Positions 17,959-29,299 of a stretch of DNA of 64,000 nucleotides are shown piece after piece; position 1 is the stretch's first letter, and each line of letters starts with the position of its first letter. The notes below the pieces were generated by a model. That model was given only the letters and a program-made list of their open reading frames with translations. It did not search any database and was not told the DNA's origin. Source of the stretch: Candidatus Eiseniibacteriota bacterium (GTDB lineage Bacteria > Eisenbacteria > RBG-16-71-46 > CAZAMP01). The stretch covers positions 3,552,001-3,616,000 of the forward strand of contig OZ245046.1 in the NCBI GenBank assembly GCA_965224245.1, read 5' to 3'. A program made the position numbers and the translations under genes.

Positions 17959-18624
17959 ATGGGATGGATCTCGAGATTCTACGGGTCGACGATCGGCAAG
18001 AAGTTCATCGTGGGGATCACGGGTCTCGGCATGGTGCTGTTCCTGATCGCGCACCTCGTGGGGAACCTGAAGGTCTACGAGGGCCGTGACGCCATGATCG
18101 AGTATGCCGAGCTTCTCCGGTGGGAGCCGGTGATCCTGTGGGCATTTCGTCTGGGACTGCTGGCCTTCCTCGTTCTGCACGTCACGACGATCCTCCAGCT
18201 CACCCGCCGGAACGCGGCGGCCCGGCCCGTCAGCTACGCGTCCATGGCCACGTCCGAGGCCAGCGGCGCGTCACGCACGATGGTCGTCGGGGGGGTCACG
18301 ATCCTCCTGTACGTGATCTACCACGTTCTTCATCTGACGCTGGCCGAGGTCCACACCGGCATGGTGACGCACGGCGCGGAGCACGTCTACGACAACGTCG
18401 TCGCGAGCTTCCAGAGACCGCTGATCAGCGGCGTGTACATCCTCGCTCAGGTTGCCCTCTTCTTTCACCTCTCGCACGGCATCCAGAGCGCCTTCCGAAC
18501 GCTCGGCGTCTCCCACCCGAGGTACGTCGACCTGGTCCGACACGGGGGGCGCGCACTGTCGTTCATCATCGTGGTCGGCTTCATCTCCATCCCGGTGGCC
18601 GTGCTCACCGGGGTCGTGAAGTAG
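17959..18624 (+). CDS. sdhC: succinate dehydrogenase/fumarate reductase cytochrome b558 subunit
   Basis: STIGKKFIVGITG, AHLVGNL, HLSHGIQSAFRTLG; 5 TM helices. Confidence 0.93.
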   Translation: MGWISRFYGSTIGKKFIVGITGLGMVLFLIAHLVGNLKVYEGRDAMIEYAELLRWEPVILWAFRLGLLAFLVLHVTTILQLTRRNAAARPVSYASMATSEASGASRTMVVGGVTILLYVIYHVLHLTLAEVHTGMVTHGAEHVYDNVVASFQRPLISGVYILAQVALFFHLSHGIQSAFRTLGVSHPRYVDLVRHGGRALSFIIVVGFISIPVAVLTGVVK

Positions 18625-18636
18625 AGGAGGATCGCC

Positions 18637-20546
<1,910 letters not shown>

Positions 20547-20550
<4 letters not shown>

Positions 20551-21308
20551 ACCTGACACTCAAGGTGTGGCGCCAGAAGAACGCGGACGCACCGGGGCGA
20601 CTCGAGACCTACGAGGCGCGCGACGTCAGCCCCGACAGCTCGTTCCTGGAGATGCTCGACGTCGTCAACGAGGGGCTCGAGGCTCAGGGACAGGAGCCCA
20701 TCGCGTTCGATCACGACTGCCGCGAGGGCATCTGCGGCGCCTGCTCGTTGATGATCGACGGCGTCGCCCACGGTCCGCAACGCGGCACGACGGCCTGCCA
20801 GCTCCACATGCGCACGTTCCGCGACGGCGACACGATCGTGGTCGAGCCGTGGCGGGCCCGTGCGTTCCCGCCGGTGAAGGACCTCGTGGTGGACCGCAGC
20901 GCGTTCGATCGCATCATCGAAGCAGGCGGGTACGTCAGCGTGAACACCGGGGCGGCCCAGGACGCCAACCTGATCCCCATCGGCAAGGAGAGCGCCGACG
21001 ATGCGTTCGACGCCGCGGCGTGCATCGGCTGCGGGGCATGTGTCGCGAGCTGCAAGAACGCGAGCGCGATGCTGTTCGTCAGCGCCAAGATCTCTCACCT
21101 CGGACACCTCCCCCAGGGACAGCCCGAGCGGGCTCGCCGTGCCCAGGCCATGGTCGCACAGATGGACGCCGAGGGGTTCGGCGGATGCACGAACCAGGGC
21201 GAGTGCGAAGCGGTGTGCCCGAAGGAGATCAAGATGACGAACATCTCGCGGATGAACGCGGACTTCGTCCGGGCGAGCTTCGGGTCGAGCCTGGCCGGCG
21301 GGGGCTAG
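20547..21308 (+). CDS. sdhB: succinate dehydrogenase/fumarate reductase iron-sulfur subunit
   Basis: [33 protein letters not shown]. Confidence 0.97.
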
Positions 21309-21335
21309 CCGGCGGGGTCGAGCTCGTTCCGCTTC

Positions 21336-21358
21336 GGCCCCGCGCCCTTCGCGGGGCC
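21336..21358. terminator. hairpin between convergent sdhB and CHAT genes
   Basis: GGCCCCGCG-CCCTT-CGCGGGGCC; no clear U-tract. Confidence 0.5.
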
Positions 21359-21371
21359 CGACGCGTGCCGG

Positions 21372-24173
21372 TCAGGCCCCGTGCACGGCGAACGCACCCC
21401 AGTAGAACGGGTGCGTCCAGGACTCGCGGACCCGCTCGCGCGCCCGCCGGAGGACGAGGGCGGTGTCGGCACCCGGCGACCCGGCGGAGAGGCCGTCGTA
21501 GAACGCATCCATCAGCGCCGCGGTGGCCCGATCGTGCACACGCCAGTGGCTGGCCACGAGCTGCCGTGCGCCGGCCGCGAGGAATGCGTGCGTGACTCCC
21601 GATAGATCGTCGCCGTCGCCGGTGAACGTCTGCCCGCTCGCGCACGCGCTCAGGACGACCAGATCGCATGCGATCCGGCGATCCATCAGGTCGGCCACGA
21701 AGAGGGCGCCGTCCAGCGTGCTCAGCCGGGAGAACAGCGGGTTGTCGTCCCGGAAGACGCCGTGCGTGGACAGGTGCAGCAGGCCGTCGCGCTCGGCCAC
21801 GGCGAGCACGTCGTCGGTCGTCGGATCCACGAGCACCGACGGCCCCAGCGCCTCCAGGCGCGCGGCCACCGCCCGAAGCTCACGCGGCACCGATGCGGGC
21901 CCTCCGTCGACGAGCCCCGCGATCGTCACGCGACGCGACGCCGCCCGGCGGCGCCTGGGACGGACCAGATCCACCGTGGGCGAGCGCGCGATCGTCCAGC
22001 GCTCGTCCGCATAGCATCGCCCATCGTGAAGACATTCGAACGGAACGTGGTGGGTCGGACCGTCGGGCACGATCACGAGACGACCACACGTGAGACGGTC
22101 CTCGATCGGTCGGAGGAGCGTGTCGTAGAGACGGCGCAGGACCTCGTCGGCGGCGCGACGCTGGAACGCCACGTTGCCCATCCGATCGGCGGCCAGGGCC
22201 ATCGTGTCGAGCTGATGGCGAACACGCCCCACGAGATCGACGAGCGTCGAGGTGCTCTCCTCGATCGTCCGGTGCCACACGTCGTTGCGTGAGATCCCGA
22301 TCACGAGCAGGGACTCTGGCAGGACGGTGTAGGACAGGACCAGGGTGTCCGCGGGCAACCGTCGTCGAACCTGGTCCAGATCGCGCCGCCGCACGGTGCG
22401 CGGCCCGGAGTCGTGGGCTCCCGCGTCTCGCCGTCGCTCCGCGGATGCGATCCGGCGCTCGAGTCGCGTGATCCGACGGCGCAGGCGCTCCCCCTCCCGC
22501 CCGAGTGCGCGCTCCGGCTCGTCGTACTCCCAGCTCTCGAGCCGGCGTGTCAACGCACCGAGTCGCACGCGTGCGTCGTCGTGCGCCGCGCTCGTGCCGC
22601 CCCGTGTCCGCCGCGCGTGAAGGCGCTCGCGGTGGGCGCGTCCTCGGACCTCCTCGACGACGTCCAGGAGCACGGCCGGATCCACGCGGCGCCGCTCCGC
22701 CAGCAGCGCCGCGAGCTCACGATAGGCGCGCGCATGGGTCGCGAACGCGTGCGCGCGATAGGCGATGCCGGGGATCGTCAAGCGCTCGGACTCCGCCGCG
22801 GTGATGGCCCGCTTCAGCGCCCGGCGGGCCTCGCGATCGTCGTGCCGGCGTCGGGCCACGCTCCCCACGGCCAGCCAGTAGCTCGCCTGCGCGCCAGCGG
22901 GAAGTCGGGATACGGCATCACGTCCTCCGGCGAGCGTCCTCGCCGCGAGGTCGGCGCGTCCCTGTGCGAGCCGGCACGCCGAGACGACCTCGCGCGCCTC
23001 GAGCTCCGCGCGAACGTCCCCGGTCTTCGCGAACCGCACCCGCGCGAGACCGGCCAGCTCGAGCGCGGGGGTGAGGTCCCCGGCCTCGAGCCGCGCCCGG
23101 GCGGCCGCCAGGCGACACGTCGCCAGCCGCGACCAGTATCGCTCGTGACGGAAGTACGCAAGCGGGACCTCCAGCCGCTCGGCGGCCCGCCGCGCGTGGC
23201 CGGCACGGACCAGCGCCCGCGCCTCGGTGACGCGGGCGAGCATGGCATCGACGACCAGGCCCTCGTCGTCGAACGCGGTCGTCCCCGCCCGGGCCTCCTC
23301 GATCGCGTCGCGCGGCATGCCCAGATCCAGAAAGGTGTTGGCGCGCTGCAGCCGTGCCGCCGCGACCATGTCGCGCGCGTCCATCGACTCGAAGAGATCG
23401 CTGCATGCTTCCAGACAGCCGAGGGCGGCTCGGTAGTCGCCGAGCACGCGCTCGAGGTGGGATCGGTTGTACAGGGCCTGTGCGCGGATGCGCGACAGCC
23501 CGAGGCGCTCGCTCTCCTCCTCGGCTTCGCGAAACCGCTCGCGCGCCTCGCGCACCCGATCGAGATTGGTCGCCGCCACCCCGCGGTTGACCAGGAGCGA
23601 GACGGTGGTGGCGTCGGCGATCCCGGCCTTCTCGAACTCGGCTCGGGCGCGCCGGTAGAGACCGTCCGCGTCGGCATGGCGCTCCTGGTGATAGGCCAGG
23701 TTGCCGAGGTTCATGTAGAGCTTGGCCAGATACACCCGGTCGCCCGCGCTCCGAAGCAGTCGCTCCGCTCGACGCGCCGCGCGGTTGGACGCCCGCGTAT
23801 CGCCCAGCACCCCCAGCACACCGACCCAGCCCACGAGGATCTCGCCGAGCAGGCGATCGGCGCCCGCGCGCTCAGCGTGCGCGCTGGCGTCGCGGTAGGC
23901 GGCGTTCGCATCCGCGAGGTGTCCGGCGTAGATGGAGGCCTCGGCGCGAGCCCGGGCCGCGATCGCCCGGACGTGAGCGTCGTCGAGACCGTCGGTGGCG
24001 GCGGTGAGGGCGTCGGCAATGGCCAGGGCCGCCGCCGGGTCCTTTCCGAGAAGCGACGCCACACGATCCCGAACCGATGTGGCAACGTCGAGGGTTGGCG
24101 GAGGTCCGGTGCCGAGGTGCGCGATCAGCGCGCCCGGCGCGAGGGCGGCAGGGTCGATGCCGGATGACGTCAC
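21372..24173 (-). CDS. TPR-repeat + CHAT (caspase-like cysteine protease) protein
   Basis: TPR-like helices (LAKLYMNLGNLAY...), LVIVPDGPTHHVPFECL, catalytic His in LHLSTHG, Cys in VVLSACASG, end HPFYWGAF. Confidence 0.93.
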   Translation of the reverse strand: MTSSGIDPAALAPGALIAHLGTGPPPTLDVATSVRDRVASLLGKDPAAALAIADALTAATDGLDDAHVRAIAARARAEASIYAGHLADANAAYRDASAHAERAGADRLLGEILVGWVGVLGVLGDTRASNRAARRAERLLRSAGDRVYLAKLYMNLGNLAYHQERHADADGLYRRARAEFEKAGIADATTVSLLVNRGVAATNLDRVREARERFREAEEESERLGLSRIRAQALYNRSHLERVLGDYRAALGCLEACSDLFESMDARDMVAAARLQRANTFLDLGMPRDAIEEARAGTTAFDDEGLVVDAMLARVTEARALVRAGHARRAAERLEVPLAYFRHERYWSRLATCRLAAARARLEAGDLTPALELAGLARVRFAKTGDVRAELEAREVVSACRLAQGRADLAARTLAGGRDAVSRLPAGAQASYWLAVGSVARRRHDDREARRALKRAITAAESERLTIPGIAYRAHAFATHARAYRELAALLAERRRVDPAVLLDVVEEVRGRAHRERLHARRTRGGTSAAHDDARVRLGALTRRLESWEYDEPERALGREGERLRRRITRLERRIASAERRRDAGAHDSGPRTVRRRDLDQVRRRLPADTLVLSYTVLPESLLVIGISRNDVWHRTIEESTSTLVDLVGRVRHQLDTMALAADRMGNVAFQRRAADEVLRRLYDTLLRPIEDRLTCGRLVIVPDGPTHHVPFECLHDGRCYADERWTIARSPTVDLVRPRRRRAASRRVTIAGLVDGGPASVPRELRAVAARLEALGPSVLVDPTTDDVLAVAERDGLLHLSTHGVFRDDNPLFSRLSTLDGALFVADLMDRRIACDLVVLSACASGQTFTGDGDDLSGVTHAFLAAGARQLVASHWRVHDRATAALMDAFYDGLSAGSPGADTALVLRRARERVRESWTHPFYWGAFAVHGA

Positions 24174-24223
24174 CGGGATCGCGAGCCTCTCTGAGGCGTG
24201 GCGCGACTACGCGGACACGCCGG

Positions 24224-24928
24224 TCATGCCTGCTCGTCGATCCGGAACGGTGGGATGTGGACCCGATCGGACCCGAGCGTGAACGTGAGCTCGAACTCGC
24301 CCCAGGGTAGGGCATCGAAGACGAACTCGCCAAACTCGTTCAGGTCGGCCTCGGTCGGGGTCGAGGATGCGCTCGCGCGAACCGTGACCGTGCGGCGCGG
24401 CGGCAGCTCGTCCGCGGCGGTGGGCGTCACCTGACCGCGCAGGACGCAGCGATCGGCCTCGCGGTCGGCCGACACGGAGATCGCATAGGCGTCGGTGTCG
24501 TAGACGAGGAGCCGCGGTGATGCCGACACGGCTCCGCGGACCGCGGCGGACGGCCGGAGCGAATCGGCGACCAGCGTGGCCACGATCTCGCGCAACCCGT
24601 CGGCGATGCGCGCACCGAGACCGGCGGCGGCACGGTCGGACGACGACCGCGCTCCGCGCAGCTGGGAGAGGGCGCGGTTGATGGCGGCGACGTCGGGCGA
24701 CACGTCTCCGGCGACCACGAGGCCGCGGGCGAACCGCACCAGCTCGGCGAGCTCGGCGCGGCATCGCGCACAGCCGGCCAGGTGATCGGTCGTCGCCGCC
24801 GCGACCCGCTCCATGGACGCCTCGGCCGTGTCCATCACGCGGGTCGGCCCGGTCCAGCCGCCGGCCTCCAGCCGGTGCCACGCGACCGCGAACAGCTCGT
24901 CCCAGGTGATGTGCGTGTCGTGACTCAT
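24224..24928 (-). CDS. putative soluble zinc-binding anti-sigma factor with C-terminal beta-sandwich domain
   Basis: HLAGCARC (HxxxCxxC) motif, ATGA coupling to the ECF gene, no TM helix seen. Confidence 0.7.
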   Translation of the reverse strand: MSHDTHITWDELFAVAWHRLEAGGWTGPTRVMDTAEASMERVAAATTDHLAGCARCRAELAELVRFARGLVVAGDVSPDVAAINRALSQLRGARSSSDRAAAGLGARIADGLREIVATLVADSLRPSAAVRGAVSASPRLLVYDTDAYAISVSADREADRCVLRGQVTPTAADELPPRRTVTVRASASSTPTEADLNEFGEFVFDALPWGEFELTFTLGSDRVHIPPFRIDEQA

Positions 24929-25566
24929 GTCCGCTCCTCGGTCGGCCGCGCCGCCAGAGTGGGAGACCCGGAAGGTCTCTCGTCCTTCGCGCGTGTGGAC
25001 CCTCGGCCGGGCGGCGATGATACCTCCCCGAAGCGTTTTTGGAGCTTCTTGAGGCACCGGCCGCGGCTGGGCCCGATGCTGCCGATCGGGATCTCGGTGC
25101 GCGCGACGATCTCCTCGTAGCTGGGCCGCGGCTCCTCGAGAAAGAGCGCGCTCAGGAGCTCGCGACATCGTGGATCGAGAGAGGTCACGAGCGACCGGAG
25201 TCGCTTCGCGTCCTCGACGGCCATGATGACCTCCTCGACGTCCGGGGCCTCGTCGGGCATGTCGCCCACGTCACGGTCCGCGTCGTCCGCGGCCAGGTCG
25301 GGCCGGCGGCGGGTGGCGATGTCGAGGGCGGCCCGGTAGGCGATGCTGTAGATCCACGAGGGGAGCTTGTCGAGGTCGCGGAGGCGATCGATGGCGCGAA
25401 ACGCGGCCAGCCAGGCGTTCTGCTCGGCGTCCTCCCGGTCGTCCGCCGAGAGCCGGACCCGCCGGCAGGCCACGCGCACGAGCCCACCGTAGTCCTCCAT
25501 GATCGTCCGCCAGGACGCCTCGTCGCCGGCGATCAACGATTCGATGTCGACGTCCCGTCGCTCCAC
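24925..25566 (-). CDS. ECF RNA polymerase sigma factor
   Basis: Region 2 DREDAEQNAW...LPSWIYSIAYR; region 4 SYEEIVARTEIPIGSIGPSRGRCLKKL. Confidence 0.93.
   Translation of the reverse strand: MERRDVDIESLIAGDEASWRTIMEDYGGLVRVACRRVRLSADDREDAEQNAWLAAFRAIDRLRDLDKLPSWIYSIAYRAALDIATRRRPDLAADDADRDVGDMPDEAPDVEEVIMAVEDAKRLRSLVTSLDPRCRELLSALFLEEPRPSYEEIVARTEIPIGSIGPSRGRCLKKLQKRFGEVSSPPGRGSTRAKDERPSGSPTLAARPTEERT
24997..25024 (-). promoter_or_regulatory. putative ECF promoter copy 1 (G-GTATCA-N15-GGGTCC) in the sigma 3' end, facing anti-sigma/CHAT
   Basis: One of four equally spaced motif copies (see findings). Confidence 0.55.
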
Positions 25567-25677
25567 GAGTCCCCCGGTCCCCGCCTGGTTGGTGACGCAC
25601 GCGCTCCGTCGACTCTACGTGAGCGACCGAAAACGGGTCAAACCAGCCGGCAGAGATCGGGGTTTCTCGTCGTCCCT

Positions 25678-25705
25678 GGTATCATTCACGGCATGCCCGG
25701 CATCT
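25678..25705 (+). promoter_or_regulatory. putative ECF promoter copy 2 (G-GTATCA-N15-GCATCT) ahead of the subtilase
   Basis: Ends 23 bp before the ATG at 25729. Confidence 0.6.
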
Positions 25706-25728
25706 GCCTCGGTGGGGGGAGCCACGCC

Positions 25729-27231
25729 ATGTCCCGGTTCATCCGTTCGATCGCCACATCGTCGCTGCTGGTGGCAGGTTCCGCATCGGCGGACCACCAC
25801 GAGCCCTATCCGCCGGATCAGGTGATTCTCCACCTCTACCCGGACTACGACATCAGCGAGGTCAACGAGCGGTGGATGACCACCACGCTCTCGTCGATTC
25901 CGGGCACCGATCTCTACGTCGTTCAGACGCCCACCTACCCCAAGGACCTCGAGGGCTACACGGACCTCATGGAGGCCGAGGACGTCGCCATCATGACGGC
26001 CGAGCCCAACTGGACCCAGGGCACCCCCGAGAGCGTGCGCCAGATGGTGCTGATCGCGGTGGGCGGCGACTACGTGGACTTCGAGGACCAGGGGCTCGGC
26101 GAGCGGATCGGTCTGGACCCCGCGCACGCTCTCAGCACGGGCGCCGGCACCACCATCGCCCTCCTCGACACGGGGGTCGATCCGATGCACGACGCGTTCG
26201 TGGGTCGGCTGCGTCCCGACGGGCTGGACACCGTCGACGACGACACGACGCCCTGGGAGGTGTCGAACGGCATCGACGACGACCTCGACGGCACGATCGA
26301 CGGGGGCTTCGGCCACGGATCCATGGTGGGCGGCATCCTCGCCCTGACCGCCCCCGACGCCGAGATCCTGCCCGTCCGCGTGCTCGACGACGAGGGACGC
26401 GGGTCCACCTGGGACATCCTGGAGGGCCTCGCCCACGTGATCTCGGCCGGCGACGTGGACGTGATCAACATGAGCTTCGGCGTTCCCGACCACGTCGAGT
26501 CGCTGGCGGCACTCGTCGTCCAGGCCGACGTCGCCGGCATCGTCATGGTGGCCGGGGCGGGTAACGGCTCGTCGGAGGAGCCCGCCTACTTCCCGGCCCG
26601 GCACTCCAGCGTGCTGATGGTGACGGCGCTCGACTCCACCGACGTCAAGGCCGACTTCGCCGACTGGAACGTGCTGGTGGACGTCTCCGCGCCGGGCACC
26701 GGCGTTCGCAGCGCCTATCCCGGCAACGGCTGGGCGCTCGGCAGCGGCTGCTCGTTCGCGACGCCGTTCGTGGCCGCCGAGGCCGCGCTGGTCCGGAGCA
26801 CGAGCCCGCTCGCGTCGACCTGGGAGATCCGTTCCGCCGTCCGGGGCGGCGTCGTCCCGATCGATCACCTCCCGGGGAACGCCCCGTACGTGGGACAGCT
26901 GGGGACCGGTCGCATCTACGTTCCGGGCTCGCTCCCGGGGACGGTGGCGGTGGACGATCCCCGCGGCGGCCCCGGCTCGCGGCTCTTCTCCCTCGGTCCC
27001 AATCCGACGCGAGGCGTCGTGCGCATCCGCGGCCTCGGGGGCCGATCGATCGACCGGGCCGAGGTCTACGACCTCGCCGGACGGCGCGTCGTCGTCCTCG
27101 AGGGTCCGGCGAGCACGATCGGGTGGGACGGCCGGACCGGATCCGGGCTCCTGGCGGCGCCCGGCATCTACGTCGTGAAGGTCACGAGCGGATCGACGAC
27201 GGCATCGTCACGGCTCCAGGTCGTTCGCTGA
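25729..27231 (+). CDS. secreted S8 subtilisin-like serine protease with FlgD-Ig/T9SS-like C-terminal domain
   Basis: Signal peptide ASA-D, LLDTGVD, GHGSMVGG, AGAGN, GSGCSFATP; tail PNPT...YDLAGRRV...WDGR...PGIY. Confidence 0.92.
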   Translation: MSRFIRSIATSSLLVAGSASADHHEPYPPDQVILHLYPDYDISEVNERWMTTTLSSIPGTDLYVVQTPTYPKDLEGYTDLMEAEDVAIMTAEPNWTQGTPESVRQMVLIAVGGDYVDFEDQGLGERIGLDPAHALSTGAGTTIALLDTGVDPMHDAFVGRLRPDGLDTVDDDTTPWEVSNGIDDDLDGTIDGGFGHGSMVGGILALTAPDAEILPVRVLDDEGRGSTWDILEGLAHVISAGDVDVINMSFGVPDHVESLAALVVQADVAGIVMVAGAGNGSSEEPAYFPARHSSVLMVTALDSTDVKADFADWNVLVDVSAPGTGVRSAYPGNGWALGSGCSFATPFVAAEAALVRSTSPLASTWEIRSAVRGGVVPIDHLPGNAPYVGQLGTGRIYVPGSLPGTVAVDDPRGGPGSRLFSLGPNPTRGVVRIRGLGGRSIDRAEVYDLAGRRVVVLEGPASTIGWDGRTGSGLLAAPGIYVVKVTSGSTTASSRLQVVR

Positions 27232-27319
27232 CCCGCCTCGCGACACGCGGTCGCACGAGCCGACTCGCTCCTCGTGGATCCCTCCGCCCACGCCGCGGCC
27301 GGCTTCACCGCGGTGCGTC

Positions 27320-27934
27320 TCACCGCTCCGCGGTCGCGACCACGTCCAGCGATGCGTCCTGGACCTCGCCCAGCTTCAGGAACAGGAACTTCGGACGTGA
27401 GATCGAGTAGTCGTCGAGCCGGACCGGAAACGCGGTGACGGCGCGCAGCGTCGAGGCGTCGGCGGCCAGGGTCAGCGTCACGAGGACCTCGATCCGGCGC
27501 GAGACGCCGTGCAGCGTCAGGGTCCCCGCCATGCGCACGTCGGTCGGCTGGCCGGCCGCGAGCGACGATGGCGGCTCGCCGAGCAGCGACGCGCCGCGGA
27601 ACGTCGCGGTGGGATGGCGATCGGTCTCGAGGTGGTTCTCCCGCATGTCCGCGTTCCGCTTGCCGATGCCGGTGTCGAGACTCGCCATGTCGACCTCGAC
27701 GACCACCGTGATGGAGTCGCCGAGCGCGGCGGGGTCGCACTCGATCACGCCGCTGACGGCGGTCGTCTTCCCGGTGAAAGACTCGAGCGGAGCGTGAGAC
27801 TCGAACTGCACCCGCGATTCGTCACCGGCGGCGATGACGAACCGCTCGGCGTGGGTGGGAATCGCGAACGTGATCACGGTCAGCATCGTGAGCGCATGGA
27901 TCGCCCACCGCCGCGATCGGGCCGGCACGTGCAC
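27320..27934 (-). CDS. YceI family periplasmic lipid/polyisoprenoid-binding protein
   Basis: SRVQF, SLDTGIGKRNADMRENHLETDRHPTATF, GTLTLHGVSR; signal peptide; GTG start after AAGGAG. Confidence 0.9.
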   Translation of the reverse strand: MHVPARSRRWAIHALTMLTVITFAIPTHAERFVIAAGDESRVQFESHAPLESFTGKTTAVSGVIECDPAALGDSITVVVEVDMASLDTGIGKRNADMRENHLETDRHPTATFRGASLLGEPPSSLAAGQPTDVRMAGTLTLHGVSRRIEVLVTLTLAADASTLRAVTAFPVRLDDYSISRPKFLFLKLGEVQDASLDVVATAER

Positions 27935-28012
27935 GGCGCATCGCTCCTTCTCCGGCCGTCTCCCGGGCAGTCGAAAACGGCGGCGCGCGTCGAGACGCGC
28001 CGTTCGAGATGA

Positions 28013-28040
28013 AGAGCCCGCGGCCGCCTCGTTTGATACC
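28013..28040 (-). promoter_or_regulatory. putative ECF promoter copy 3 (G-GTATCA-N15-GGCTCT) ahead of yceI
   Basis: Same motif and spacing as copies 1 and 2. Confidence 0.6.
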
Positions 28041-28128
28041 TGGTGTCGACGTTTTGTTCTCACGTTTCGTTCCCGCGTTGACCGCCGTCCGAACGTCCAT
28101 CTACGATCGCGTCACGGGAGATCCCAGC

Positions 28129-29244
28129 ATGCAGACGCACACGTCATCGTCCACGATTGAGATCCTCATCGCGTCGTGCCGCCCCGGCGGCCGTGCGCTC
28201 CTCGTCGCGACCGCGCTCACCGCGCTCGTGTCACAGGCGGCGGTCGCGACACCTCGGTACTCGGTCCGGTACGGGCAGAGCTGCCACCTCTGCCACGTCA
28301 ACCCGACCGGGGGCGGTCAACGATCCCTCTTCGGCGCACAGTTCTTCTCTTACACCGATCTCGCGATGAAGACGCTGTCGTTCGACGAGCTCGATCGCGT
28401 CGATCCCGAGCTCACCGATCAGGTACAGATCGGGTTCGATCTGCGGACGCTGTACACGGGCGCCGACGAGCCCGGCACGAACACCTTCCTGGCCATGCAG
28501 GGCGACGTCTACCTGTCGGTGCAGCTCAGCGAGACGTGGTTCGCGCAGTTCGACGAGGGCCTGCGAGACGACTACGAGGTCATGGCCACCGGACACGTGC
28601 TCCCCGCCAACGGGTACGTGAAGGCCGGACGCTTCGTGCCGCCCTACGGCATGCGGATCGCCGACCACACCGCGTTCGTCCGCGAGCGGCTGGGCTTCGA
28701 TTACGCCTGGAAGGAGACCGGGCTCGAGATCGGCTTCCACCCCGAGCCGATCGACGTCGCAGTCGCGGTGACCAACGGCAACACGTTGCTCCTGGACGGC
28801 GACGAGATGAAGGCGGTGACCGCGCGAGGCGACGTGCGCACGTCCGCGCTCGGTGCGAACCTGTGGATCGGTGTCACCGGCCGGTGGAACGGACATCCCG
28901 ATCTGCCCGACGACCGGATCGCCGGAGGGTACGGAGGCCTCGCCGCGGGCCCGGTCACCGTGCTCGGCGAGGTCGCGTTCCGACGGTTCCGCACCGACGC
29001 GCTGGTCACGTTCGTCGAGCTGGCCGCGCTCGTCTCCCGAGGCGTCACCATTCGAGCCGAGTACGACTTTCACGACCGCGACGTCGACGAGACGTCCGGG
29101 GCCGACAACATGTGGGTGCTGGGAGCCGAGATTGTGCCCCGGGGCTACCTGCAGCTCATCGGGAACGTTCGGCTGCGGCGGCCGACCGACGATGCGGTCC
29201 CGGACGTCGCCGAGGGCGATCTCCAGCTGCACCTGTTCTTCTGA
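28129..29244 (+). CDS. monoheme cytochrome c fused to a predicted outer-membrane beta-barrel (Cyc2-like)
   Basis: Signal peptide, ATPRYSVRYGQSCHLCHVNPTGGG, alternating beta-strand pattern, C-terminal LQLHLFF. Confidence 0.75.
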   Translation: MQTHTSSSTIEILIASCRPGGRALLVATALTALVSQAAVATPRYSVRYGQSCHLCHVNPTGGGQRSLFGAQFFSYTDLAMKTLSFDELDRVDPELTDQVQIGFDLRTLYTGADEPGTNTFLAMQGDVYLSVQLSETWFAQFDEGLRDDYEVMATGHVLPANGYVKAGRFVPPYGMRIADHTAFVRERLGFDYAWKETGLEIGFHPEPIDVAVAVTNGNTLLLDGDEMKAVTARGDVRTSALGANLWIGVTGRWNGHPDLPDDRIAGGYGGLAAGPVTVLGEVAFRRFRTDALVTFVELAALVSRGVTIRAEYDFHDRDVDETSGADNMWVLGAEIVPRGYLQLIGNVRLRRPTDDAVPDVAEGDLQLHLFF

Positions 29245-29299
29245 CGGGCGACGTCCGGGGCACGGTGTCGCCGACCGGGAGCGCAACGAGCCGCGACGG

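Noticed and set aside
15442-18180. Very long antisense ORFs (also 29779..32382, 33245..35665, 40601..43558, 41379..43868, 44031..47399)
   Set aside because: They mirror well-supported genes on the other strand and have no motifs; stop-poor antisense frames are expected at this GC content.
21372-25566. Type III-E CRISPR (Craspase) locus
   Set aside because: No cas7-11, cas1 or repeat-spacer array in the window; only the protease/sigma logic is analogous.
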